A stretch of 64,000 nucleotides of DNA from assembly GCF_902713615.1 (NCBI RefSeq), contig NC_052148.1, positions 81,746,966 to 81,810,965 on the forward strand, in the 5' to 3' direction. The notes below the pieces were generated by a model. It worked only from the letters and a program-made list of their open reading frames with translations, had not been told where the DNA came from and ran no database searches. Position numbers and translations under genes: made by a program. Shown here piece by piece: positions 1 through 12,900 of the stretch (positions are counted from its first letter, which is position 1; the number at the start of each line of letters is the position of its first letter). Origin of the DNA: Scyliorhinus canicula (Eukaryota).

Positions 1-587
1 AGTCTTTGGGAATATGTTTTAACTTTACTAGACGTTACGGCCAGAGCTGCCAGTTTAATTTAGGCCGAGGCGCAGCTGGCAACAGTACACACACTTCTAA
101 TGCTGTGCGGGTAAAGACAGACATTGGCCCATGTACTCTTTAGTGGAAAAACTTGTTAAGGGTCATGTTACAGAACAGATTTAAATAACTGTAACTGTAT
201 GCCTTCAATTGCAGGAACAAGGAATGTGCTGTTCAGCAGTTGTGAAAGTCTCATCAATAAATGGACCAACAGTGTACCTTTTAAACCAACTAAATTTTCA
301 TTCACGCTGCATTATTTTAAACTATGTTTTTGCAAGTATTTTTTTGTAAGCTGGCAAAATAAAATAATTTATCTTTTGATAGTGTATACAGCTACCATCG
401 ACTATTATGGAAGGGTAGAGAATTCAACTCTCTCCCCATCCCCCATGGAAACTAGGTATAATGTTCCAGAAATCAGTGGGGGCAGGGAGAGAACTTAACA
501 ATTTCCCTTCAGTAATTTGCTGTGGCAATCATCATTCTGCTGGTATCCTTGGGATGGCTGTTCCAGATAGATTTCATGAAATATTTC

Positions 588-900
588 ATGGAAACCCGAT
601 AGTGCAGGAAGAGGCCATTCGGCCCATCGAGTCTACACCAATCCTTAGAAAGACCACCCTACCTAGGTCCAATTCCCTGTCCTATTCCTGTGATCCCACC
701 CAACCATTGGAACTAAGGGGCAATTTATCATGGCCAGTCCACCTAACCTGTACATCTTTGGACTGTGGGAGAAAATGGGAGCGCCTGGAGGAAACCCACG
801 CAGACATGGGGAGAACATGCAAACTCCACACAGTCACCCAAAATTGGGAAAAAACCGGGGCCCTGGCGCTGAGGCAGCAGTGCTAGCCACCGTGCCACCC
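588..900 (-). mobile_element. HE1-type tRNA-derived V-SINE with CR1/HER1-like tail
   Basis: Minus strand reads GGGTGGCACGGTGGCTAGCACTGCTGCC head, V-domain core (GGAGTTTGCATGTTCTCCCCATGTCTGCGTGGGTTTCCTCC) and tail GACTCGATGGGCCGAATGGCCTCTTCCTGCAC; homologous to many other copies in the window. Confidence 0.85.
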
Positions 901-3900
901 CTTGTGCTCCATGCGGCCCTTGAAAATAGATACTTGAAACAGATTCACAAGTGCTCAGGGTCCAATTATACCAATAGGAGATGTTGTTATTTTAGATGAA
1001 TGGGCAGCCTGGCAGTCCAGTAGAAAAGGAGTCCTAAAATAAACACCTACTTATGGGGCCGGAAGGAGCTGGTAATATTCTTGGCCATTACCACACAGGA
1101 TTCTCTGCCTCCATACCATTACCCCAACTCCCCCACCGCCTCCACCACAACCACCCACCCTCACCCCTGCCGTCGTTGCACAAGTGAAGAGCCATATTAC
1201 CTCCTGTATTCCACAACCTACCCTTTTTCAGGCCGGGGAGCCAGGTGGTATTGCATCAACCCAAAACCAGAGGGCTCCCTGAGGAATCTCATCTTCCACT
1301 TAGAGCCAGATGGCCTCATGTTAAAATGAATCGTACTGTCGATACTATCAGGTTGCTGCCATACACAGGTCAACAGCCACCTGAACACCACATGGAGGGA
1401 AGGTGTGCCCTTTCCGGGTATTTCAGTCATGGTGCCAAAGGGTCATGGCACTGAATCCTCATTGGGTACATCAGGTTAAAACACTTGAATCATTCCCATC
1501 TCAAAAGCCTGTTGAATGATGTGACTCTAGAAAGGTGTGGTGTAGAGGGGTGGGGGAGATGGGGAACTTGGTGCAGCCCACAGTTTTTCTTTGGTTCTCC
1601 TGGCTGCCCCTTCTGCTGTTCCCTCGACTTTCACTGAGCAGATGTGGTGGAAATAGCATCCTGAGTAAGTCATAGCTCCTAATTTATAACAATTAATTTG
1701 CAAAAAAAAAACATGTTTTGCACTCCTTTCAAGCAGATGAATGTCACGGTGTGCATAACCCATTTTTGGGAGGCCTCCCTGACACCCCATGTCAAGATAG
1801 GGTCAGTTGTTAATTCTTTTTTGCTGGTCAATGTCCTTCATGAAAACTTGTTGACAAAGTGTTCATTTAATGTTGGATGACATAACAGAAGAAGCAAAGG
1901 AGCAATGAGAGAAAATACATTTATTTGATGAAAAATATCTCGTCAACACAAAAAGTAAGAGGCAACAGAGGGATTGAAATTGGAAACTTCAGTCCTGAAA
2001 ACAGAAGTGGCAGTTTTATTTCAAAGTTGAAAGCTTAGTGCAAGTAGCCCTTGGCCACCATAAAATGTGAATAATACTGCGTGTAAACACTGCCGAGTGA
2101 TTTGCTTCCAACTGAAAACACTCAAGAGTTGAGCGAATGGGATTCTGCAAGCCCACATGTGTGGAATTTGTTAAAGGTGCCCGATTGCACTGAATTTCAA
2201 TTGCTGAATAAAAACTGAATTTGAAAGGGAAGAGGAAAAACACAGCAAATTAATAGTATGTTATGCCAGGAAAAGAACTGCAATATGTGTCAAAATATTG
2301 GAGCATTAAATGATGCCACAATTAAAATATATTCTGGGGTGTGCTTTGTCCCCAGATTACAATGCTTCACCACCACTGGATGCCCAAGCTTCTCTTGGAT
2401 GCTCCATGCAGTCCCGCTTTTGTAACTCCATGTGCGAGGGAGTCAGCATTCAGAAAAAAGGCAGCTGTGGCTCTTTTTACATCTGCCTCAATACCATTTC
2501 GCCTCACCTCATGCAGTGTGTCAGTCTCCATTATTAGAACAGGGATGCAGGAAATCCCAGGATGTCCTCTGCTCCCTCTTACGTAAGTAGCCTTTTTCCA
2601 AACGGTCCAGCTGGATTCTTGCAATAACTCGGGTGCGACAAAAGCAAGAGGACCAAGGTAATTTGTCCCCACATCATAGCAAGTGTGAAGATAAAATAAA
2701 CGTTCACGTATTGGAAGTACAGTCTTCATCAGAACTGGTGAATCCTGCACTCTCCAAATAAAATGCCGAACTTGTTATTACAATAAATATCAGACCTTTA
2801 ATTCTGTAAAAACTCTGTACATTGTAGCAGGAATAATAGCAGCTATTGGTGTGATAGCTCATTAGTGACAGAATTATTGAGCACTCATCTTGTTGTTCGT
2901 CTCAGGTTGATACTAAAGTTTTTGCTTTCAGGACGTAGCAGAGAGAGTGTGATCAAGAAATACATCTGAATTTATATTCATAAAGGAATGTGCACATGAA
3001 GCTGGCTAAGAAATTTGTTGACACCGCAGCATTTTCACTGTTGTGAGTTGGATGTTTAAACATGGTATCAGAAGTGCATCCAGCCACCTTATGCGAAAGG
3101 TGGAGTGTAGCTGTCCAGGGCACATGCCTAAAATTTACATTAGAAACTGCTACAGGACCAGCTGTGTTAAGGATGTCCAAGTCTATATCTGACCTTAACA
3201 TTGTCTCTTAAAGGAATCCCACTGAAGGCAGCCACCAAAAACAGAAGCTCTTAAAAAGACAGCAGCCACCAGCTCCCCCGTGTTCCACCTCCCTGACAAC
3301 GGAGCATCTCGGAGTCAGCCCCCAGAACTTTTGGCATGCCATGGAATGTGCTGTCGGCAAGTGTACTGGAACCCTCCACCCCAAAGGATGCCCGCCAGGA
3401 GCACCGAAGGCCACAAAACGCAGTAGGCGTCAGGCTGCCTCCACCTCTGATGTGCATCCTTGGGACACACCTAGATGGAGCTGTGGATCACGGAAGGCTA
3501 AACAGGTCGAGGATCACTGAGAGGGTACTGGGAAGGAAGGGCGGTAAGGGGCGGAGGGTGCAGTGTGGGAGGAAAGAGTGGGGGTGAGGGGTCAGGCGGG
3601 CTCGGGAAGGTAGCTCGGCACCATTGGGGGTTAGGGGCAGTTGGGGGACACATATACGTACAGCATTAACAAACGTGGCACCCAAGAAATATGACACAAC
3701 TGGAACTCTCTTCCGCTATGCGGGACAACCCACAATCTCCTGCCCCAGCCCCTGTGATTCGAAGTGGTATACGGCCCTGCCCCCCCCCCATGTCATTTTC
3801 ACTCATGGTGTGAGTGAGCAAGCACTCAGCAGACAAGCAGCAGTCAGATTTTGGTCTAGATTGAGGTGCACAAGAGCTCAGCTCTCTGCGGGTTATCATC

Positions 3901-4477
3901 ACCCCCCCCACTGTCCTTGACAGTGACCCACTGACAGTGCCGACACAGTCCCATCACCCTGGAGTGATGTTACTCAATCCTTGGGAGGGTGAAACAGAGT
4001 GAGGCGAAGTGGGGAGAGGGGAGGAAGTGGGGAGAGGGTAAATGGATAGAGGGAAACAGGGCAGGGAGAAGAGAGTGGCTATGGGGGTAAAATGAGTGCG
4101 GATGCGATAACAGACAAGGTCACATCCTATGTGAAACAGGCAAGGATGAGGGCCTCCCTGGCCCTCCAGGCTTGCCAGATCCTTGCTACTGCCACCTGTT
4201 CTCCATCCTCCCGCTGGTTCTGCGGGTCCTCCCCGGGCTCATCCTCAAGTCCCTCTTGGTCCAGTGCCTCCGCGTCCTCATCCTCGGAGGTGGCCTCACG
4301 TTCCTCAGCAAACCACCACAAAGAGGGCGACCATCCCAGTGGTGGACTGCAGTCCACCACCAGGGCAGTCAAAGCATTGGATGCCTATTTTGAGGAATCC
4401 AATGCACCTGACAATGATAGCCCGGGTGGCTGCTCGAGCCCTGGAATGTCTCTGAGGCGTAGAGGTTCAGGGCTGCA

Positions 4478-4681
4478 GGGCAGCACGGTGGCCTAGTGGT
4501 TAGCACTGCTACCTCACAGTGAAGAGGTCCCAGGTTCGATCCCAGCTCTGGGTCACATTCTCCCTGTGTTTGCGTGGGTTTCGCCCCCACAACCCAATGA
4601 TGTGAGGGTAGGTGGATTGGCCAAGCGAAATTGCCCCTTAGTTAGAAAAAATGAATTGCGCCCTCTAAATTAAAAAGAAAA
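4478..4681 (+). mobile_element. Short HE1-head SINE with A-rich tail and 13-bp TSD
   Basis: GGGCAGCACGGTGG head; ends CTCTAAATTAAAAAGAAAA; flanked by GTTCAGGGCTGCA at 4465-4477 and 4682-4694. Confidence 0.85.
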
Positions 4682-5764
4682 GTTCAGGGCTGCAATGACC
4701 TTGACAGTCACTGGGAATGGGTATCCTCCTCCTCCTCCACGTGGTGCCATGTCTGCTAGGACATGGCACAAATGCCGCACCATCTCATTGTTGAGGCGGA
4801 GCTTCCTACGGCACATGTTGTTGGTCGTCAGTTCGAAAGACCAGCAACGCCTGTACATCTAGGGCCGGCGCAGGCCTACCCCCCCCTGGGCTCCTCCCCG
4901 GATTGATTGGTGGCTGGGTCCTCAGGGTGTGGATACATACCCTGTATCCCAGACACCCACACGCAACGTTACCTTAACCGGGTGCTGGCCCCCTCCCGGT
5001 ACACATATCCACCCTCTGGTTGTAGAGATGTCCTGGGTGCTGGGGCCAGCTTCTGGTTGTTCAGATGTTGACTGCTGCATCCGTGGTGTTGCATCCTACA
5101 GTGCTCAGGCACAGTGTCTGCTTGGGATGCTAGACTATAACTCCCACATGCCACATGGCTGGCCGTCCCATGTGAATCCACTTGGGACCAATTCCTTATT
5201 AGCAATATCTTCAGCCACATGACCAGAGGTCTCCACGGTCAGTGGGAGTTATGGGTGGTTGGTGTGGCCTGGGGTTCTTCCCGTAATGAGTACACGTGAC
5301 CCAGGGGCATGGCAGACCCGTGATGCTGAGGCACCACCACCCCGCCAGCCCAGGGGCGGGTCTCCCCACCAATATTGGCTGACCCCAACTGAATCTGCCC
5401 CCGACGGAGGTTCCCCACGTCCCCCCAAGCATTGGGGAAGCAACCCCAGTGCCACGGGCTCATTGCCTGGGAGCCAAGGTGGCTACTAATCTCCATGGAT
5501 CCCCATCCTTTCTGCCAGCTTGACATTTTTAAAAAGGTGTCCTAATCAGCGTGCGTGGCCACTTGCTGGGGAGACGGTTGGATCACGGTAGACCGTTATA
5601 TACGGGGTCTTTCCCATTAATTGTTTTACATTGGCCTTAAGTGGTGATTATTGGTTTCTCACGACGCCACAGTGGAATCCTGATTTCGAGAACGGGAGTG
5701 GGCAAGCTAGATCACAAACCGGTTGGTGCCTGGCGCAGTTCTCAATTTTGGCCTCTCCTGTGAA

Positions 5765-5990
5765 TTTTAAAAATAAATTTAGAGTACCAATTGTTTTTTC
5801 CCAAGAAAGGGGCAATTTAGCATCTCCAATCCACCTACCCTGCACATCTTTTTGGGTTGTGGGGGTGAGATCCACAAAGACATGGGGAGAATGTGCAAAC
5901 TCCACACACACGGTGACCCGGGGCTGGAATCGAAACTGGATCCTCAGCACTGTAGGCAGCTGTGCTGACCACTGTGCCACCGTGCCGCCC
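5765..5990 (-). mobile_element. Short HE1-head SINE (A-tailed variant)
   Basis: Same head, V core and GGTACTCTAAATTTA tail as the 4478 and 53127 copies; inserted in the Harbinger end. Confidence 0.8.
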
Positions 5991-6069
5991 ACCGGACCTG
6001 TGATCTTACGGCCATGTCGCGATCTCGCTCAAGCGCAACGTGGCCAGTAAATCGCGCCCTATGATTATG

Positions 6070-6599
6070 AGAGACTTCCCAGGAAATCCCTCTATCGGCC
6101 GCCATCTTGAGCGGGCGGCCTGGTAGCAATGTCCTGCGGCGGGCACCACTCCCCGGCAAACTGTCCCCGAAATACCCGCCCGGCTGTAAATCGGCCCAAA
6201 TTCTCTACCTCATGGCAGAGGAGCCCCACCCTGGGTTGCTTGGGTGCCATGCCCCTACGTACGGAGGTGACCCAACCCATCCTGCCTCTGCCCCAACAAC
6301 CATGGTGCCAAGTCCCTGTTTGTAAATGCCTGTAATAAACTGTGCCCGTGTGGCTTCCACCTGAGAGAGAGACGGAGCATTGTAGAGGCCCGGAGCACAG
6401 TGGGGCAGATTTAAATGAATGCAAATGCTGGTTTTGCATGCCCCCACTGGGGCGCTGCGCTAACCCTGTTATCGCTACCTGTAACGGACCATGGTGGCCA
6501 AATCGGCGCCAGGCATGGACCTTGATTTTGGCCAGACGCTCGATTCTCCACCCGAGCGCGGTTTATGTTTGCATTATCGCGAGGCGGAGAATTTCACCC
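6070..6599. mobile_element. GC-rich Harbinger-type MITE (old)
   Basis: Ends GGAGAATTTCACCC like the other MITE TIRs; GC-rich body; left TIR degenerate. Confidence 0.5.
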
Positions 6600-6936
6600 A
6601 TGGATGGCATATGGTAAATCTGTTTATGAATTGATTTTATTTCATTACAACTGCATTCTCGTGATATTCCTCATGAGTGAGAAGTAATATGAATATCTTA
6701 CTTTGTCCTAAGAAGTGGTCCAAGTTATTCTCTCTATTAATTGATTACTTTGTTGGATTCCCCCATTTTCAAGGAAATTCCATGGATCGTTTAATTTTGT
6801 ACTGAGAGTGGTCGATGTCTGAAAGAGACCTCTGTGAGGGAAGGTGATGGGAAAAATGCTGGATAGGAGGATTTTTCTTGGTGGCTTGATGACCCTCTTC
6901 ACCAGTGGTCTTGTGATTCAGTTTACGAGTGTATTC

Positions 6937-7410
6937 CGTATCTACAGGAACAGAGAACAAGGAGAATGCAGGCAAAAGACGGGAGGAATGGCTGAAGCAT
7001 AGGTGAGCGCGAGACGACAACGGCAGCGGAATCCGTCCAGGAGAAGCAAGTGACAACACCAGACCCATTCGAGTATGGCCCTCTGTAATTGCTTCTCCGG
7101 CACCCAAATGTATACCTACCTCCCCAGCCTCCACCCCCCCCCCCCCCCCACCCCCCCACCACCCCACTCCCCCACCCCACTCCCCCACAATGTGTTGAAA
7201 ATTATATTGCCAATTGTACAGAGTTGCTGCTGTTGAGCTGGTGCATAATACCTTACCAGTTACTTTATCTTTTTAATTTTGTTTTTATCATTACTTTTTT
7301 TTTGTGTGTTTGTGTGTGCCCTTCTCTTCTCTCTATATATATCATATTCTGTGTACATAACGGTAAATATACTTTGTTCAAAAACCCAATAAAAAACATT
7401 TCTAAAAAAA
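6937..7410 (+). mobile_element. 5'-truncated L1-type 3' end with poly(A) and 9-bp TSD
   Basis: AATAAAAAACATTTCTAAAAAAAA terminus; AGTGTATTC at 6928-6936 and 7411-7419. Confidence 0.55.
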
Positions 7411-7561
7411 AGTGTATTCTGTGATGAAAACAAGCAATCTCCTTAAATTTCATCTGCTTCGCAACATTAGGGAGCGGTAAGGGTGCCTATTTTGGTGGAG
7501 TTTCTGTCCGGTATTCACTGACATAATAAATGCTCACCAAGATGAACAAAGCTGAAAGCAG

Positions 7562-8279
7562 GGGCGGGATTCTCTGACCCCCCCGCCAGGTCGGAGAATC
7601 GCCGGGGGCCGGCGTGAATCCCGCCCCCGCCGTCTCCCTAAGTCCCCGGCACCAGAGATTTGGCGGGGGCGGGAATTGAGCTGCGCCTATCGCCCCCCCC
7701 CCCCCCCCCCCCCCCCGCCGATTCTCCAGCCCGCGATGGGCCAAAGTCATTCCGGTCCCGCCGGAGGGAATCAAACCACCTACCTTACCGGCGGGACCAG
7801 GCGGCGCGAGCGGGCTCCGGTGTCCTGGGGGGGGAGGGGGGGGGGGGGCGATCTGGTCCCGGGGGGTGCCCCCACGGTGGCCTGGCCTGCGATCGGGTCC
7901 CACCGATCGGCAGGAGGACCTGTGCCATCTTTTCCATCCGTGTTCGCCATAGTCTTCACGATGGCAGACGCGGAAGTGACCCCCTCCCCTGCGCATGCAC
8001 GGGAATGATGTCAGCAGCCGCTGACGCTCCGGCGCATGCGTGGACTTCCGCCGGCTGCCGAAGTCCCTTTGGCCCCGGCTGGCGTGGCGCCAAAGGCCTT
8101 TCCCGCCGGCCGGCGGCGCGCCAACCACTCCGGCGCGGGCCTAGCCCCTCAAGGTTAGGGCTTGGCCCCTGAAGGTGCAGAGAAATCCGCACCTTTGGGG
8201 CGGCCCAACGTCGGAGTGGTTCACCCCACTCCATCCCGCCGGGACCCCCCGCCCCGCCGGGTCGGGGAGAATCCCGGCC
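7562..8279. mobile_element. Harbinger-type MITE
   Basis: TIRs GGGCGGGATTCTC ... GAGAATCCCGGCC; flanks CAG/TAG (3-bp TSD with one mismatch); non-coding and very GC-rich. Confidence 0.8.
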
Positions 8280-8964
8280 TAGAAGTCAATATCAGTGTGT
8301 GAAGAGAGCACTACCTCTGACTCTCATGATGTGGAGTGCGCTTAGTGTGATGAGTTTCACTCTTATCAAACATCACCACAGTTTCTCTGTTCTCCCAAAG
8401 CGAATGAATTCGGCACTCCTTGCATCAGGCCCATAAACAGGGTATCTATAAAATGTATTAATAAAAGAAAAAGCTAGATTCCTCAAAGAAGTCAATACTT
8501 CTGCATCAAAATACTTCTTTCAGCTGGCAGACAGGACAGTTTGGAAGATAAGTTAATTGTTTGACAGGCAAAATTGTCGCTCAAAAATCACAAGTTAGGT
8601 GTGAACAATACGTGATATTCCTGGTCTCAAAAAAAACATCTGTTTTTTTACCATTCCATGCCTAGAGAGACCTGTTGATAATTGACGGTTTACGTTAATG
8701 GTAGGCCCCAGGGTTTTGTACTGGAAAGGGCTCCCACTGGAGTTCTCAGGTTTCCTTGGAATGAAAGCTGTCTTTATTCTCAGCTAATAACAAAAATGCC
8801 CAGAATTGCTTTCATGCACACACACAGTACAGTGTGCAGCCCACTCCAAAGCCACAAATCTGGTATTATTTCCAACGTTATTGATAGTGTTTCCTTGGTA
8901 GACTGGAGAACCAGTACTATTTTAGTATTGTTTTATTATTTCATAGGATTTAAAAAATAGGATC

Positions 8965-9148
8965 GGGGCTGATTTAGCTCACTGGGCTAAATCGCTGGCT
9001 TTTAAAGCAGACCAATCAGGCCAGCAGCACGGTTCAATTCCCGTATCAGCCTCCCCGGACAGGCGCCGGAGTGTGGCGACTAGGGGCTTTTCACAGTAAC
9101 TTCATTGAAGCCTACTCGTGACAATAAGCGATTTTCATTTTCATTTCA
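8965..9148 (+). mobile_element. tRNA-derived SINE (second family) with Rex/Babar-like tail
   Basis: GGGGCTGATTTAGCTCACTGG head with GGTTCAATTCC B box; tail TTTTCACAGTAAC...GTGACAATAAG followed by (ATTTTC)n; copies at 37177 and 63456. Confidence 0.8.
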
Positions 9149-9908
9149 AAAATGATTTCATGGGATGTGGGTGTTGCTGGCTCGGCCAGGATTTATTTCT
9201 CATCCTAATTGCCCTTGGGAAGGTGGGGGTGAGTTTCCTTCTTCAACCACCGTACCAAGTCAACACAGTGCTGTTCGGGATGGAGTTCCAGGATTTTGAC
9301 CCAATGACGGTGAAGGAAGACAATATATTTCCAAGTCAGGATGGTGAGTGTCTTGGAGAGGAACTTCCATAACGCGGAGTGCCCTTGTAACTGCTTCCCT
9401 TGTTCTCCTAAATGGTGGAAGTCTTGGCAGCTTGCTATATTACTGGGTTCAGTAATATGTATCGTTACTAGTTGCTGTACATCCAGAAGATCTGATGGCG
9501 TAATCCTGAAGAAACCACGAGTCTTCAACTTAAAGCAAACTAATTTTTTTTTTTTTTAAATACTTTTTATTGAAGAAATTTTTCAGAGTACAAACATTTT
9601 AACCCCCCCTACATTTGAATTATATCGAAACAAAGTCAAACCCCCCTACTTAACCAGAATCCCCCCCACCCCCTACCCGCGCGCCCCCCCCCGCCTCCCC
9701 CCCCCCCCCCGCCGACGAACCGGCCGCCCGACCATCTTGTCATTTCTGGCAGTGTCCTCGGGCAGGCCTTGCCCGTGACACCACCGATACCGTGTTTCCT
9801 TCGTTGCTGTCCCCCCCCCCCCCCCCCTCCCCTCCCCCACACCCCCCCCCCCCCCTCCCTCCCGCCCTCCCCTCCCCTCCCGGGTTGCTGCTGTCACGAC
9901 CTCAGTTT

Positions 9909-12900
9909 CTATCTCTGATCTAAGAGGTCCAGGAAGGGCTGCCATCGCCTGAAAAACCCCTGCACCGACCCTCTCAGGGCGAATTTGATTCTTTCCAATT
10001 GGATGAAGTTTGCCATGTCGTTTAACCAGGTGTTAACACTTGGAGGCCTTGCGTCCCTCCACTGAATCAAGATCCTCCTCCGAGCCACCAAGGACGCAAA
10101 GGCTAATATTCCAGCCTCCCTCGCCTCCTGTACCCCCGGCTCCACCCCAACCCCAAAGATCGCAAGTCCCCATCCTGGCTTGACCCTGGACCCCACCACT
10201 CTCGACACCGTCCCTGCCACCCCCTTCCAGAACTCCTCCAGTGCCGGACATGCCCAAAACATGTGTGCATGATTCGCAGGGCTTCCCGAACATCTGACAC
10301 ACCTGTCTTCACCCCCGAAAAACCGACTCATCCTTGTCCCCGTCATGTGGGCTCTATGCAGTACCTTAAATTGAATGAGACTCAGTCTCGCACATGACGA
10401 CGACGAGTTGACCCTCTCTAGGGCGTCTGCCCATGTCCCATCCTCTATCTGTTCCCCCAGCTCTACCTCCCACTTGTCTTTCAACTCCACTACTGGTACC
10501 TCCTCCACCTCCTGCATAATCTTATAAATGTCCGAGATCTTCCCCTCCCCGACCCAGACCCCTGATAGCACCCTATCACTCGCCCCCCTGTCGGGAAGCA
10601 CGGGAAACCCCTCTACCTGTCGTCTGGCAAATGCCTTCACTTGGAGGTACCTGAATGTGTTCCCCGGGGGGAGCCCGAATTTCTCCTCCAGCTCTCCCAA
10701 GCTCGCAAACCTCCCCTCTATAAACAAGTCCTTCAGTTGCCTAATGCCCACCCTCTGCCAGCTCAGAAATCCCCCTCCTGTATTTCCCGGTGCAAATCTG
10801 TGGTTCCCTCTTAGTGGTGCCCTTATCAAACCCCCCACTTCCCCCCTGTGTCGCCTCCACTGCCCCCAGATCTTGAGGGTGGCCGCCACCACCGGGCTCG
10901 TGGTATACCTCGTGGGAGGGAGCGGCCATGGTGCCGTTATCAGTGCCCCTAAGCTTATGTTGCCACAGGACGCCCTCTCCATACGCTTCCAAGCTGCCCC
11001 CTCCCCTTCCATCATCCACTTTCGTACCATCGATGCATTTGCCGCCCAGTAATATCCTGAAAGATTGGGTAACGCCAGCCCTCCACTATCCCTACTCCGC
11101 TCCAAAAAGACCCTTCTAACTCTAGGGGTGCCATGTGCCCACACGTACCCCATGATACTACTCGTTACCTTCTTGAAAAAGGCCCTAGGGAGGAAGATGG
11201 GCAGACACTGGAACAAAAACAAGAACCTCGGGAGGACCGTCATTTTAACTGACTGCACCCTCCCTGCCAGCGACAGCGGCACCATGTCCCACCTCTTAAA
11301 CTCCTCCTCCATCTGTTCCACCAGCCTAGAGAAGTTCAGCTTGTGGAGGGTCCCCCAGTTCTTTGCCACCTGCACCCCCCAAGTACCTGAAACTTTTTAC
11401 TGCTCTTTTGAAGGGGAGCCTCCCAATTCCCTCCCCCTGGTCTCCCGAGTGTATTACAAAGATCTCACTTTTCCCCAGATTTAATTTATATCCCGAAAAG
11501 TCCCCGAACTCCGCTAGTATTTCCATAACCTCCGGCATTCCCCCCTCCGGGTCTGCCACATACAGCAACAGGTCATCCGCATAGAGCGAGACCCGATGCC
11601 CCTCCCCTCCCCTTGTCAGTCCCCTCCACCCCCCTGAACCCCTCAGTGCCATCGCTAACGGTTCAATCGCTAATGCAAAGAGTAAGGGGGATAGGGGACA
11701 TCCCTGCCTAGTACCTCGATGGAGCCCAAAATATTCTGACCTCCTCCCGTTTGTTACCACACTCGCCATCGGGGCCGAATAGAGCAGCTTTATCCACTTG
11801 ATAAATCCCTCCCCAAACCCAAACCTTTCCAACGTCTCCCACAAGTATTCCCACTCCACCCTATCGAATGCCTTCTCCGCGTCTAGCGCTACCACTATCT
11901 CCGCCTCCCCCTCCACTGCCGGCATCATGATCACGTTTAACAATCTCCGGACATTTGTGTTAAGTTGGCGTCCCTTCACGAACCCCGTCTGGTCTTCATG
12001 TATTACCCCTGGCACACAATCCTCTATCCTGGTTGCCAGGACCTTTGCTAACAGCTTGGCATCTACATTTAAGAGGGAGATAGGCCTGCAGGACCCGCAC
12101 TGGACCGGGTCCTTGTCCCGCTTCAAAATCAAGGAGATCAGGGCCTGCGACATTGTTGGGGGCAAAACCCCCCCCTCGCGCGCCTCATTAAAGGCTCTCA
12201 CCAGCACTGGGCCCACCAAGTCCACAAATTTCCTGTAAAACTCCACCGGGAACCCATCCGGCCCCGGCGCCTTCCCCGCCTGCATCTGGCCTATCCCTTT
12301 AATTAGCTCCTGCAGCTCTATCGGCGCCCCCAACCCTTCTACCAGCTCCCCCTGTACCTTTGGGAACCTCAATTTGTCGAGAAAGTTCTCCATTCCCCCT
12401 CTCCTCTTCGACGGTTCAGACCTATACAATTCCCTGTAGAAGTCCCTGAAGACCCTATTCACCTCTTGCCCCTTCTGCACTACGTCCCCCCCCCCCCTCT
12501 CTCTCACTCCCCCAATCTCTCTGGCTGCATCTCGCTTACGAAGCTGGTGTGCCAGCATCCTGCTCGCCTTTTCCCCGTACTCATACGCCGCACCCTGCAC
12601 CCTTCTCCACTGCGTCTCCGCCTTCCTAGTGGTCAGTAGGTCGAACCTGGCCTGTAAACTGCGCCGCTCCCTCAGTAGCCCCTCCTCTGGTGCCGCCGCA
12701 TATTTCCTATCTACTTCTAGGAGCTCCCCCACCAGCCTCTCCCTTTCCTGCCTCTCCTTCCTCTCTCTGTGTGCCCTTATGGAGATCAGCTCTCCTCTAA
12801 TCACTGCTTTCAGGGCCTCCCAGACCGTCCCCACCTGCACCTCACCCGTGTCGTTCGTACCCAGATAGTTCTCAATGCCCGTTCTAACCCTTCTGCACAC

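Larger units (their letters stand above)
3240..6059 (-). mobile_element. Decayed, internally deleted PIF/Harbinger DNA transposon with transposase remnants
   Basis: Minus strand 4858-4690 encodes a HARBI1-like N-terminus (CRRKLRLNNEMVRHLCHVL...VTVKVIAALN). After removing the SINE it continues LYASETFQGSS, then jumps to C-terminal ATRAIIVRCIGFLKIGIQCFDCPGGGLQ; the catalytic core is missing. Right end GTAAATCGCGCCC (6059) is TIR-like. Left boundary approximate. Confidence 0.7.

Noticed and set aside
200-300. TTGCAG acceptor followed by an open frame and AATAAA
   Set aside because: Weak pyrimidine tract, no convincing donor and no recognisable peptide.
2620-2675. GTNYLGPLAFVAPELLQ resembling a kinase APE motif
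   Set aside because: No HRD, DFG or other kinase motifs at the proper spacing.
7487-8234. Pro/Gly-rich ORFs up to 213 aa in GC-rich blocks (also 19294-20496, 21254-21977, 57819-58443)
   Set aside because: They lie in MITEs; stop-poor GC composition explains them. These are not host CpG-island promoters either, since they are TIR-bounded repeats.
8965-9050. tRNA-like sequences with A/B boxes (here and at all SINE heads)
   Set aside because: Each continues into a SINE body and tail; none is a standalone tRNA gene.
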